Part shown: positions 1-13,000 of the stretch, piece by piece
Layout: each line of letters begins with the position of its first letter
Position numbering within the stretch: the stretch's first letter is position 1
Assembly: GCA_049999805.1 (NCBI GenBank)
Contig: JBNGIO010006169.1
Span: forward strand, 1 to 53,353
Length of the DNA stretch: 53,353 nucleotides
DNA from: Folioceros fuciformis
Taxonomy: Eukaryota
Direction of reading: 5' to 3'
Program-made: the position numbers and the translations under genes
Notes under the pieces: generated by a model
What the model saw: only the letters and a program-made list of their open reading frames with translations
Databases searched by the model: none
What the model was told of the DNA's origin: nothing

Positions 1-135
1 TTGTACGTGCGTCCTCCACATGCCTGCAATCCGGCTGGTGGCCCTCGTCCCTCGCCTCGTCCTTCACATAATACGCCATGCCACAAACCTGCAGCCTACC
101 CACAAACAACTACCACCATGGAGGTAAGTAAGTAA

Positions 136-522
<387 letters not shown>

Positions 523-1825
523 TGAAGGAGATGGATGAAATGACGATAGGGCTGGGTGGCTGGCTCGTTGCTGGGACGAGAGAGTGCGCGGATCAATCAT
601 GTCCTGCAGGGCCCCCGGGCCGGGCCTTCCACCCACCGACTGCCCAAATGGGGCGGCCTGGCGCTGGCCCCCACCAACCCGACAAAGCTAGCGCTCATGA
701 CAACCCACGGCCGCGGAGAAGCGGCGCGAAACGCGAGGATCGAAACGCGGCTCCAAAGAAACGGCACCACAAATGAATCGTTCATTTGTGGGTGCGGGAT
801 GGGACGAAAGAAGCGGGTGCATTGAGGTGTAGTGTCTCTAGTGCGGCGGGTGAACATGTGTCATGTGAGCGCAAGGGCACTCACACACGTGCCGGTGGGG
901 CTGCCTCGGGAGACGGTCCCACGTCGGCCCCACGATGCGTGTTGTGGTGGGCCCGGGGGACCCGGCCAAGGCCGGGCCCGGGCGGATGGCATCTTTCTGT
1001 TTGCATGGCTGGGCACGCATGGCATCTGGCGCGGGAACGGGACGGGACGGGGCCCGGTGGGCAAAGTGATAAAGTAACGGAACGGGAGTAGGAAACGTAA
1101 CGGAACGGAAAGGAGGCGGCGCGTTGAAGGAAAAGGGAAACGAAAGGAAGGAATCCCGGCGGCTGGTGTCAGAGGCTCGTGGATGGCATGCCGCGCAGGC
1201 AAGTGGTTAAACAAAGCAAGAGCAGGGCCGCCGATGATGGCGGCAACAAGGTAGGCTTGGCTTGGATCGTGGAGACAAGGGGGCACAGCACAGGCATAGG
1301 CATAGGGAACGAAGCGACGTTCTCTTCCTTCCTTGAGTTTCGCAGTCGGCATGGTTGCTCAAATCCCGTTCCCACAGGGCCCAGCTCCAGATCCCAGCTC
1401 CCAGCCCACGGCCAGGAACAGACACAAGCAGCGCCAAGCTAATTTTGCTCAATGGCGAGCGGGCGGCCCTGATGTCATGGGCACGTTGCTTCACCGCGCA
1501 CCACATGCGATGACATGCAAGAGAGCAACACCGACTCGTCGGGAGACACAGTGGGTGGCTCACCTCATGTGCCTGACGTGCTCGGCCGGCCCTTCTCCCA
1601 TCTCCCAGCCGCCCAGCGAGATGCTGAGGAATCGCGCTGATGTGACATAACTCGGACCAGCCAAGCTTGCAATGGCCACCCCAACTTCTAGCACTAGCGC
1701 CACCTCGTTGTGGGCGACACAACGGCAGGGTGGTGTGAAAGCGCCATAATCTGTGCTGGCCTGTCACCTGTGCCTCCGTCCTGATGCTGATACATCACTG
1801 ACCGCCGCTGTGGCCACTGATTACA

Positions 1826-1995
1826 GTCATTTGCAGTCAGCCAGATTGGTACCTCCACGCCGTGCTTGACATTCAAGCCACAGCCGTCCAACGCTGTGAT
1901 GACTTGAGTACATTCACTCGCAGTCAGCCAGCCAGATCGGTACTCTTACACGCCTGTGATTGGTATTCAAGCCAGCCGTTTCAAATCACCTGAGA
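1826..1995. repeat. Imperfect direct repeat, 2 copies of about 85-90 bp
   Basis: GCAGTCAGCCAGAT(T/C)GGTAC...ATTCAAGCCA(CA)GCCGT occurs at ~1833 and again at ~1920. Confidence 0.65.
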
Positions 1996-2304
1996 AGGTC
2001 GACTCCTATCGCACCTTGTCAGCATGCAACGTCCACGCTGCCCCACTCACCCATGGAATGCACTGTACCGTATCACGCTTCAAGCAACCCTTTTTTACAG
2101 CACCCAACCCTGCACTTATCCTCCTCACCACCTTGCTCACCTCTCCTGTGTCTCGCGTCTAGTGCCTGTCTCCCATGCCCCCAATTGCACATTTGAAGGA
2201 CCCATATGTACATATTCACTTCAGTCAAATAGAGTAGGAGACTCGGAGGTTTTAGAAGAAACATTATACCAAGCTAATCAATGGACGGTGTCAGTCTTTA
2301 TGTC

Positions 2305-2671
2305 ATATGTGTGGGTGGGTGAGGGCTTCAGTACTACTATGTCGATATGTGTGGGTGGGTGAGGGTTTCAGTACAACTCCATCGATACATGTGGGTGGGT
2401 GAGGGTTTCAGTACAACTATGTCGACAATAGATGAGTTGTTGGTCGATGAGCTGTTGGTCGATGAGCTGTAGCGCGATGAGCCATTGAACGATGAGATCT
2501 CTTAAACGATGAGTTGGTGGATGAGCTGTTCGGCCATCAATTGTTGCTATGAAAAATGTACACATGTCTCTGGAGTTCTACAGGTACAATGAGTTGTTGT
2601 TGAGAAAGGGTACACATGTCTGTCTAGAGTTCAACAGGTACAATGAGTTGTTGTTGAGAAAGGGTACACAT
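2305..2671. repeat. Compound tandem repeats: 3x 40 bp, ~6x 15 bp, 2x ~53 bp
   Basis: ATGTGTGGGTGGGTGAGGG(C/T)TTCAGTAC... at 2307, 2347 and 2387; GATGAGCTGTTGGTC-like units at 2431-2535; GTACACATGTCT...GTACAATGAGTTGTTGTTGAGAAAGG at 2558 and 2610. Confidence 0.9.
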
Positions 2672-3007
2672 CTTTTTGGAGTTCCAAAGGTACAATATAA
2701 ATGTTGCATGGAAGTCGAAACAAAGTACAGACATGTGAAACCTAAGAAATGGAAACCTTTAGGAAGGGACAATCCAGCTCCTACATAGAAACTTAAGTTG
2801 ACATTGAAACCTTCATTGCTTCATTAGAGCATGGAAGAGGAGGTGTTGCTTCTTATGCTTGTTTGCATTTTACATATATATTGTAGATGCTAGGCTTAGT
2901 GCACAAGCATCAAGGGACCCATACTTCACTACATGCCTACTTTGTAGGTGTGTGAAATGAATGAAACAAGTACAATCATTTGATGTCAAACCATATGACT
3001 CGTACAC

Positions 3008-3105
3008 ATAGGTGGATGATGCAACACTTGGGTTGATGTCAGTAGATGGTTGGGTACAAATAATAATGGATGTTGCAACACTTGGGTTGATGTCGGTAGA
3101 TGGTT
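3008..3105. repeat. Direct duplication with ~53 bp period
   Basis: TGGATG(A/T)TGCAACACTTGGGTTGATGTC(A/G)GTAGATGGTT occurs twice. Confidence 0.85.
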
Positions 3106-3199
3106 ATAATAATGCAGTGCTTGCATTGCGTTGGTGTTGGTAGATGAAGCGTACAAAACTACAGGTGTCAGCAAGATATGCAAATCAAAGTTGGCGTGG

Positions 3200-4160
3200 A
3201 TCAACCTAGATGGCAGATCGATACTTGACCAATAAGGGTCACCTCTGGCTGCACACCAACCTACAAGTCGAATCAAGGCCTGACACTTATCTCTGACTAC
3301 ACACCAACCAAGATGGCAGATCAATGTCTGACCAATANNNNNNNNNNACACATGACAAATCAATGCATGACCAGTAAGGCAGCTCTGACTACACGCCTAC
3401 CCAGATGGCAGATTAATGCCTGACTTGTAAGTGACCAGTAGGTCACCTCTCATGACACACTAACTTGTAAGTGACTAGTAAGCCACCTATGATGACACAC
3501 CAACCCTGATGGCAGATTAATGCCTGACTTGTAAGTGACTAGTAAGTCACCTCTACACACCAATATGGATGGTAGATCAATGCGTGACCTACTTAAGTCA
3601 TGAACTTCTGCACGCCAACCCATATGGCAGATTAATGCCTGACATGTAAGTTATCTCTACACTTCAATACGAATGGTAGATTAGTGCGTGACCTACTTAA
3701 GTCATGTCCTTCTATATGCACCAACCCAACTGGCAGATTAATGCCTGACCACTAAGTCACAACACCAAGTTAGATGGCAGATCAATGTCTAACCGCTACA
3801 TCACCTCTACACACCATTGCAACAGATATGGAAGATATGGTAGATCAATGCCTGACTCCTACGTCACCTCTACACACCACTATAACAGATTTGGTAGATC
3901 AATTCCTGACTAGTAAGTAACCTTCACACACCAATACGCATGGCAGATCAATGCGTCACTAGGAAGTCGTGTACTTCTACACACCAACCCAAATGACAAA
4001 TCCACTCGTGACCACTACGTCACCTCTACACAGCCTGCAGATATGGAAGATATGGAAGATCAATGCATGATTCGCGTACCATTGCACATGGCAGATCAAT
4101 GCGTGACCATTAAGTTACTTCTACACATCAACTCAAATGGCTAATCAATCTATGACCAAA
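3200..4160. repeat. Degenerate minisatellite array, ~45-60 bp units
   Basis: Recurring ATGG(C/T)AGAT(C/T)AATGCCTGAC...TAAGTCACCTCTACACACCAACC, roughly 15-18 copies. The array contains an assembly gap. Confidence 0.85.
3338..3347. other. Assembly gap (10 N)
   Basis: Run of N inside the minisatellite, so the true array length is unknown. Confidence 0.99.
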
Positions 4161-4847
4161 CCAGAAAAGTACTTACAAGGTCAGGTTGCATACTGATGAC
4201 TGAGATTGATGACCAAACAAAGTAGGTGAGAAGAATAGACCATTGTACGCACTTAGCAATCAATTCTTCGGTGTAAGTCATGTGATTGGTGTAATTGTTA
4301 CACGTTTTGCTGTCACTAGACATAATTATCTTCATGCATGCTTAGGTACAATTGCGTGCCAAATTTCAATCGGTGGGAGTTGTTGTACTTATGGTACTCG
4401 TTTCTAGAACTTGTGCATCAACTAAGAGTGACATGTGAAAGGAATAGGAGTATGTGGTATTTTTGTACTCTTTTACTCTTTTTACATTTGGGTTTACATA
4501 AAGAAAAGGAAACTCAGGTGCCATATGAAAGTTCTCCATGGATCCACTCATCTATAAAGCAACATTAAGTACCTGATATATGTATGAAATAATAAACCAT
4601 ATAGGTATATATAACCCTAGCCTCTAAGCGAGTGAACTGGGCCCAAAATAATGCATTAAACATTGTGCCGGCGTGCCAGTGACATCATAATTGCTAAAGC
4701 CCGAATCAAACTTTCTACAAATTCCCTGCCGAGAAGCTGGGCCTCTCAAATAGGTCCCAGATTTCATTGAGTCTTGTTTTCCGGAACTTGTCCCTAACGT
4801 TTGCCGTGTCCCCGCCGTTACGACTCATATCCAGCTCCAGCCACCAG

Positions 4848-5041
4848 CACCGTCATGTCGCCACAATCTTCGGGGCTATGATATCGCCATCCTCAAATGT
4901 CAACACATTCTTCGGGGCCATGTTGTCAGCACCGTCTGTGTCGCCACATCCTTTGCGGCCATGTTGTCAGCACCGCCTTTGTCACCGCCTCCTTTGCGAC
5001 AATGCTGACAGCCGCGTCTAAGACCCCTTTGCGGCAATGCC
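4848..5041. repeat. GC-rich ~40 bp degenerate tandem repeat (~5 copies)
   Basis: Repeated TGTCGCCACA..TC(T/C)TT(C/T)G(G/C)GGC(C/T)ATG(T)TGTCAGCACCG units. Confidence 0.7.
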
Positions 5042-5650
5042 TGGCGTGCATGTTCCATTTCGCGGTTACAAATTAATTAGGAACCTGCCAGCAAACAAGT
5101 CAGTGGATATAGATGCATCAATCACGGTGCTGCACTGTTCTGCCAGATTCCAACTTGGCGGCTGATACACAAAGGGCATATACAGAAATGTGAGAATCTG
5201 ATAAGGCACGAAGGCATAAAAAAGGCGACCATCTGCTAATGCACAGAGGGCAGGCACAAAAACGGGAGCATCAGCTACTGCAAAGGGCAGATGCAAGAAA
5301 AGTGGGCATCCGCCTTCATTCCTGACCTACGCATCTCATGGTAGAGTTTGTCTGGTGCGTAGTTGTGCAGATATCCAAGGAAGTGAGCTGCTCACCAATC
5401 CAAGCTGCCTTCAACTTGTGGCCACGTGCCTCTGCTCCTGGCAACGAGCATAGCTAGAAAACCCGTCCCTACCCGCACAGAAGATATCTCTGTAATTCCT
5501 GGTTGATGGACGCAGGCAGATGCTTTAAACCCTAACCCTAAGCCGCAAACCCTGTCTTGTTGCTGGCCTTGATGGCCAGCTTAAGGTTTACTCGTCATGA
5601 CTGCTGTTCAATCACGCCAGTGTTTACCGACAAGCCCCCTGTAGAGGCTT

Positions 5651-8600
5651 TCACATGGCCAGGGGAGGGTAAGGCGCCCCATCCTCTTTCTCCCAGCCTG
5701 CCTCAGGCAATGCTGAGGTTATATGGTTCAACAGTCTGTAAACATTTTCCGGACATCTTCGGTCCCCCACCAGAAACGTCTGCACCTTTTGTTCAAATTC
5801 TATCCAGCTCCGACCAGGTTTCTTCCATGCCCTTGCGCGTAATCTCAACTCATCCACTTCCTTGACGGAGTCCCACATGCCTGCCTGAGCATACAACGTT
5901 CCCATGAGCACATAGGCAGAAGGGTGTTGAGGTTCCAGAGCCCTTGCGCAATCGAACATACACTTGCCCAGCTGCACATTGTTATGTTTTCGGCAAGCAC
6001 CCAACAGCGACAGCCAGACATGTAAGGTGGCAGCCAACGGCATGGTCGAGATCAAGGCTTGTGCCTTCGTCAGGAGTCCAGCACGGCCAAGCAGATCAAT
6101 CACACAGACATAGTGCTCCACTTCTGCACTGATGCCATTATCTCTGCTCATGCTTTCGAAGCACTCCAGGCCTTCATCTACCATGCCTGCATGACTGCAT
6201 GCTGACAGGACAGCCAGAAATGTGACTCTGCTTGGCTTCACCTCCGTCGCACACATTTCGTGATACCGCTGCACACACGTCTTGTAGTCTCCTTGTCTAG
6301 CATAGCCAGCCATCAGTGCGTTCCAAGATACGACGTCAGGCTCCGGCAGAGAGTCGAACGTGTTCTGGGCATCGACCGTGCTCCCACATTTACCATATGC
6401 ATGAATCAGGCAGTTTGCCACAGGAAGACTGCACTCCAAGCCATTCCTCACAATGAGTTGATGAATGTGCACACACGTCTCCAGGGCTCCTGTGTTGCTG
6501 CAGGCCTCCAACGCAGAGAGAAACGTGGCCTGGGTGGGTGGTATCCCTTCTCCTAACATCAACTCCAAGATTTGCAGCGTCTTCTCTCCTTGGTCCTGCT
6601 GGGCATAAGCTGCGATCATCGCATTCCATGTGACAACATCACGATTGCGTAGTTGATCGAACACCCTTCTCGCATCCATGAGGCAGCCACACCTTGCATA
6701 CATGCTCACCAAAGAATTGCTGACAAACACGTCTGATTCAAATCCCCTTGAGGCGGCTTCGCTGTGAATTTCCTTCCCTTTCCGCCGGGACTCCACTTTG
6801 ACACTTTGCCCCTGGATAAGGGTGCCTTCCTCCTTTTCAGCAAGGGAGGCACATGCTTGGAGTGCACTGGCAAATGTCCAAGCATCAGGCCTGATGCCTT
6901 TCATCCGCATTTCAGAATAGAGAAGCAAAGCGTGGTAGCCTTGCTCCTGTTGAGCGTATGCTGCGATCATAGTATTCCATGATACTAAATCGCGGTGACG
7001 AAGTCCAGCAAACACTTTGTGTGCATCCCTGAGGCTTCCACATTTTGAGTACATGCTCACCAGAGTGTTTGCTACGTAAGTATTCGACATCAAGCCACTT
7101 GCAGCAGCTTCCGCATGTATGTCACGTCCCTTTTGCAGAGACATCACCTTGACATTTTGCCCATGGACCAAACAACTTTCCTCCTTTTCGGCTAGGGTGC
7201 CACATGCTTGAAGAGCGCTGGCAAAGGTCCAAGTATCTGGTCTGATGCCTTCCGCCTGCATTCTCCGATAAAGTTCTAGTGACTTTTCCCCCTGGTCGTG
7301 CTGGGCATATGCTGTGATCATTGCAGTCCACAATACCAAGTTCCGGTTGGAGATTCTATCAAAAACTTGCTCCGCATCCCTGAGGCTGCCACACTTTGCA
7401 TACATACTAACCAATGCACTACCTACAAATACTGATGAGTCCAGTGACCTCTCAATAATCTCAGCGTGTATTTCCTTTCCCTTCTGAAGGGCCGCCAATC
7501 TAAACTTATGTCCCTGTACAACTATGCTCTCCTCCTGCTCTGCAAGAATTGCACATGCCTGGAGAGCACCAACAAACGTCCGATCATTTGGCCTGATCTT
7601 TTCTCTCTGCATTCTAAAAAAAATCTGCAATGCCTTGGAACCTTGTCCATGCTGGGAATATGCAGCAATCATTGCATTCCATGGGACCACATCCTGCTGG
7701 GACATTGTTCCCAACACCTGCTCTGCATCCCAATGGCTCCCACATCTTGAATACATGCTAACCAACGTGCTACCAACAAAGACGTCCTTCTCAAACCCGC
7801 ACAGAGAAGCTTCATAGTGTAATTTCTTGCCCGTTTGCAACGATGCCAGTTTGACATTTTGGCCCTCCAGAAATGTACTTGGCTCCTTTCCTGCAAGAGT
7901 ACCACATGCCTGGAGAACACTAACGAAAGTTCTATCATCCGGCGGAACTCCATCGTCTTGCATTTTAGCATAAATTTGCAGGGCCTCACGTCCTTTATCC
8001 TGCTGGGCGTATGCTGCAATGAGAGCATTCCATGACACCACATCACGCTGAGAGAGCGCGGCAAACACGTGCTGGGCATCCGTGAGGCTACCACATTTAG
8101 CATACATGCTAACCAGAGTATTGCCAAGGAAAACATCTGAGTCGAACCCATATTTGCGCACATCGGCATGAATCCGCTTTCCCTCCTGCACGTCCTCCAG
8201 ACTGCTGCATGCCTTCAGCAAGCTGACAAGCGTATATTTGTCAGGCTGCACACCTTCGTCTTGCATCCGCTCATAGCATGCAATAGCCTCTCGATACTGT
8301 CCAGAGTTCCTATACCCAGAAATGATGGCTGTCCAAGAGAAGACACTTCGGTGCTGCAATCTTCCAAACAGCTGCAGCCCATCTGCCAATGTTCCACCAT
8401 TGACATATGCAGCAACCAGGAGCTCGCCCAAATTCCTGTTCAGATCCAATCCATGTTTGGCCAAAAGGGCATGCACTTTCTTGGCATAGATTGAGGCCTT
8501 CTTCTTCATGCAAGCCTGCAACAGCTTCTTACACGTCTGCACAGAAGGTGCAGTCCCGTCCTGGTCCATGTGCAGAAGGGTCTCCAGAACCTTGTCCACC

Positions 8601-9295
8601 TGCCCATCCTTGCACAATTTCTCCACCTCCAAGGCGGTTCCCTGAGTAACCTGCACCCTACAAGGGCCATAGCATTAGACGAAAGCACCGCGGTAGCCTA
8701 CTAGAGCTCGTCTGCTATGGCATCAGAGTGGAGATACCTGTCATGAGTGGGAGTCAACGCACCAACGCATCCATGCCGGCCCATCATCCCATCTGACAGT
8801 CGACTGGCGACCATCGTCGGATGTGGTGCAGCGGTCCACAACTTATTAAGCCACCAAAGGTCCATCGACCTGACGTCACGGTGGCATAGACATGGCTGCA
8901 GGCAAGAAGGCCCAGCCCTCAGAACCAGGGCTGATCCTCCTGGTCATTGATCCACCAAACCTCTGGAAACGACCCATTCCCGTCCACGATGCTCAGCACG
9001 TAATGTGGCACTGATCTGCCATGAGCCAAGCCAAATCGAGCGTGCCTAGTAGCACTTCTTAATGCCTGCATGTAAGAAACATTCATGTCCCACTTCCTCC
9101 GAATTCCTATCATGGCCCAAGCTCCCTACAGGACAGTCCAGAAAAATATAAGCACTTAAAGCCCCCACCTTCCTAAAGCACATGCAGTCACCACACGACC
9201 CAGAAAACGATGTCCATCAGTACCTGCAGGGGAAGCTGCGAATGTAGCAACAGCCCTCTTCCCAGGGACTTAGCTAGCACAACCGAATTCTCCAT
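5651..9295 (-). CDS. PLS-class pentatricopeptide repeat protein, E/E+ type (organellar RNA editing factor); exons 9295-9224, 9065-8961, 8895-8738, 8657-5651
   Basis: The ~1000-aa last exon has P-L-S triplets (VFxGxxLVSMYxKCGSLxDA, DVVSWNAxIAAY, TFxSxLxAC) followed by E1/E2 (EHYVCVIDLLGRAG, WLSLLGACRKH, KKPGRSWIE). It stops before a DYW domain. Three upstream GT-AG exons keep the frame and add MENSVVLAKSLGRGLLLHSQLPLQALRSATRHARF, which resembles a targeting peptide. Confidence 0.95.
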
Positions 9296-10097
9296 GAACC
9301 CAGGAAAAACAAGAACCTGGCTTGAAAATTGCCGAAATCCGAGCTCCCGAAGATTGAGCTCACATGCGCTCCCAACAGTATCGACTCATCATCACAACAG
9401 TGCACGCACCTTCGTAGGCCAGGTGGAACGTCAATGCGAGCTCTTCCCCTTTCTTTGTACTACGTTTCTGTCCAAAGTGTTCACCATGCTTCTGGAGACG
9501 GAGTTGGCTGGTGCTCTCTACCACGGCAACAAGCCCGGCAGGCTCGACACCCGTTGTAGTTAGGTCTCCTTTTTCCCCAATCAAGACGCTCTTGGAGCGT
9601 TAGATACCTTCGGCATCGACATACGAGGGAACTAGCCCTCTTAGTCTTCCGCTTTCGTTTGGATCCTGCCCATCAGCCCGGAGCGATTGACTTTCGATCC
9701 AGTCTGTTCCATCCAGTCTGCAGAGCATTCCAGTCTTATGTGAAAAGCATTACGAGGCCTCAAATTTGACCCCGTCGTCCCGGCCTGTGAATGACTCTTT
9801 TCATGCTGAGGTTACCCTTGAGTTTCAGTGCTTGCTTGCTCCGAACAAGCAAGAGATGCAGACGGTGTGTTGTGAAGCAAAATGCTTCTCAAGACAGATT
9901 TCTATCTCGCGGAATAGAAAGTAAATTACGTTGCCGGAAGAAAAATGTTCTGTACACGGTGCTCTTCACCCCACAGGTCGCAGAGTTTGTCACTCGACAC
10001 TCTACAGACAGTCGAGACTCTGATCACAAGGAGGGAGAAGCTGACCTGGGACTACATGATGTACAATAAAAGAATCTGGGCAGAAAGCTACTACAAT

Positions 10098-13000
10098 TTA
10101 CGATCCACAAGAGATACAGTCCTCTTTGTTCTCCAGTGAGCAAACCATTTGTGCCATCTTCACTTGAAGAGCCTCGGTTTCCATCTCGGAGATCTTCACT
10201 TGCAGAGACTCGGTGTCCATATCAGATATCTTCACTTGCAGGGACTCGGTGCTGTCTACTGGTTTCGCCTTTGGTTTCTCCACTGTCTGATATTCAAGGG
10301 CGGCACACCACACACTCAGTGCCTCGGCACCTACACAATCCCAGGGAGGAGACACTACACTTTACCACTTACCTTCACAGCGGTAGTATCCACGGTGAAC
10401 TTGATGGCATCTGCAGCAGCCCGAGACCGCAAGTAGTACATGCCTGTCTTCAAACCCTGCGCGTGGAGAGGGAACAGTTATAGCCTACACCACAAACACT
10501 TCTTTGCGCAATAGGATCTCTTCAGGATCAGAGTGAGGGATCACCTTCTTCCAGGTGTAGAAATGTAGGGATGTTAATTTTCCAAAATTTGGCTGCTCCA
10601 TGTGGATATTTAGACTCTGACTTTGATCGATGAAAGCACCTCGGGCGGCAGCCATATCAACAAGGCTACGTTGCTTGATCTCCCACACAGTTCTGTGACC
10701 ATGACAAACTTCAGACCATGCAGGTACACACCCACAAACTCAATCCCTTCAATAAGGGTCACTCCGAGTCAGCACCTGTAGATGGCCTTCATGTCGTTTG
10801 GAATAGAACTGATCTGTTGGATAGATCCGTTATGGAAAATGACTTCATTCTTCAGATCACGAGTCCAGAGTCCCATGTCCGTCAGGTCGTGCAGGAGATG
10901 TTTGTTAACCACGACAAACTCCCCACTGCAAAGCAGCGCACACAGTGTTAGTCGTCCCGATGTAAAAGCAGATCAGACCACATCCAAGATACCAACATGT
11001 ACGCGTACCTGAGTACTCTCCTGCTGTAAATGTTGGAAGTGTACGGTTCGAAACATTCATTGTTGCCCAGTATCTGACTGGTTGATGCTGTTGGCATTGG
11101 AGCCACAAGAAGAGAGTTCCGCAACCCATGCTTAGCAATGGATTCGCGCAGGCCTGTCCAGTCCCATCGGCTAGAGGGTTTCACGTCCCACAGATCTGGT
11201 TGCAAGAGACCCTGAGGTAGAAGGAAAGGTGATTACATCAATTTCAATAAGCACTTGTGCTCAGCACATGGAAGGGCTACTTAGCAGGAGCCTCTGGCCT
11301 TGTAGATGAGCTGAGCAGGCGGCATGTTTACCTTGCTTGCTGGGCTGCCTTCGAATGACGAGTAAGGACCCTCTGACACTGCAAGCTCACACGATGTTTT
11401 CAAAGCGTGGAAGTATATCGTCTCAAAAATGTCCTGGTTTAGTTTTTGAGCCTGCCACGAAATGCATTCTAATGTTAGCGAATCTCATGAAACATTCTTC
11501 CGCAATCCAGCTCTGTATAAGATGGCAGGGAGAGTGACATCACCTCATCGGCATCAAAGGACATGCCTAGAAGGATGAAAGCATCAGCTAGACCCTGGAC
11601 ACCAATTCCAATTGGTCTGTGCCTCATGTTGGAAACCTTGGCCGTTTCCACAGGGTAGTGGTTCACATCAATGATCCTGTTCAGATTCCGAGTCACTATG
11701 GCTGTGATCTGTTGCAAGCAACAGAACGTTGGTCAGTGCACAAGGTCTCGCCATCGTTCCCCAGAGAATGAAGAGTAGAATCTATGCCACAGACTCGTAC
11801 CTCTCCAAGCTTTTCTAAGTCAAAATAACGATTCTTGTGGCCTCTGCTGCCAACCATTTTGGTGGGGTGAGCTTCCAGAGGAACTCCCTGTAGTAGGAGA
11901 GGCCCATGAGTCAAGGGAGAACATGTACAGGAGTAGAGGACGACGTTTGAACTAGTGACTAACCCGTTCACGAACAAAACGAGGCAGGGCTATAGAAGCC
12001 AGGTTGCAAACTGCTGTCTCTTCTGCGCTTGTGTACTCCAGGATCTCAGTACACAAGTTGGAGGACTTGATTGTACCGAGATTCTGTTGATTGCTTTTCC
12101 TGTTACAAGCATCCTGAGCAATGATTTACTGTTAGTAAACCATATCTCATGTATGGAGCCAACCATACAAGCGAAGGAACGGGCAACTCTTCACCTTGTA
12201 CAACATGTACGGATTCCCCGTTTCAACTTGAGCTTCCAGTATTGAGAACCACAGCTTCTGAGCTGGGACACTCCTCTTCGCCTTACCCTGGATGAGAACC
12301 GACAATGAGAACAAAACTGGAGGAAACACCTTCAGATGAAAAGCGGAAGTGAGGTCCACAATACCTCTGCCTCGTACTTTTCGTAGAGCTTTTCAAATTC
12401 AGAACCCCAGCAATCGGCGAGCCCAGGTGCCTCGTTAGGACAGAACAGCGACCAGTCCTTACCGGTTTCCACCCTCTCCATGAAAAGGTCAGGAATCCAC
12501 AGGCCATAGAACAGATCTCGTGCCCTGTTTTCCTCCTGCGGATATGAAGATTAAAACAAAAAAGCTTAACAAGTGTGAGGTTGCAGATCTAGCTTTCCCT
12601 GCCCACATACTCCACAGTTCTCCCAAAGACAAATTCAATCAAAATGGACAAGGGCAGGTACGAACCTTCCCATGGTTCTTCCGGAGGTCCAGCCAGTCAA
12701 AGACATCCGCATGCCATGGTTCTAAATATATCGCAAACGCACCTGGTCATTGGCACACACATTCTAGTATAATAAGACGACCAGGATTGCTATGAGGCGA
12801 ACGGAAGCAGATCACCATGACATTCACAGTAGGCACCTTTGCGCTTCCCACCACCCTGGTCAACATATCGGGCGGTGTCATTGAAGACACGCAACATAGG
12901 AACGATACCATTGGATGTCCCATTTGTTCCACGAATGTAGCTATTGGTAGCTCGAATGTTATGGACCGAAACCCCAATGCCCCCCGCAGACTTGCTGATG

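Noticed and set aside
3200-4160. Repeat-spacer-like array
   Set aside because: The intervening sequences are homologous to each other, so it is a degenerate minisatellite.
5526-5553. Telomere array or telomerase RNA template (TAAACCCTAACCCTAA)
   Set aside because: Only about two units and no Pol III USE/TATA context. At most a telo-box-like motif.
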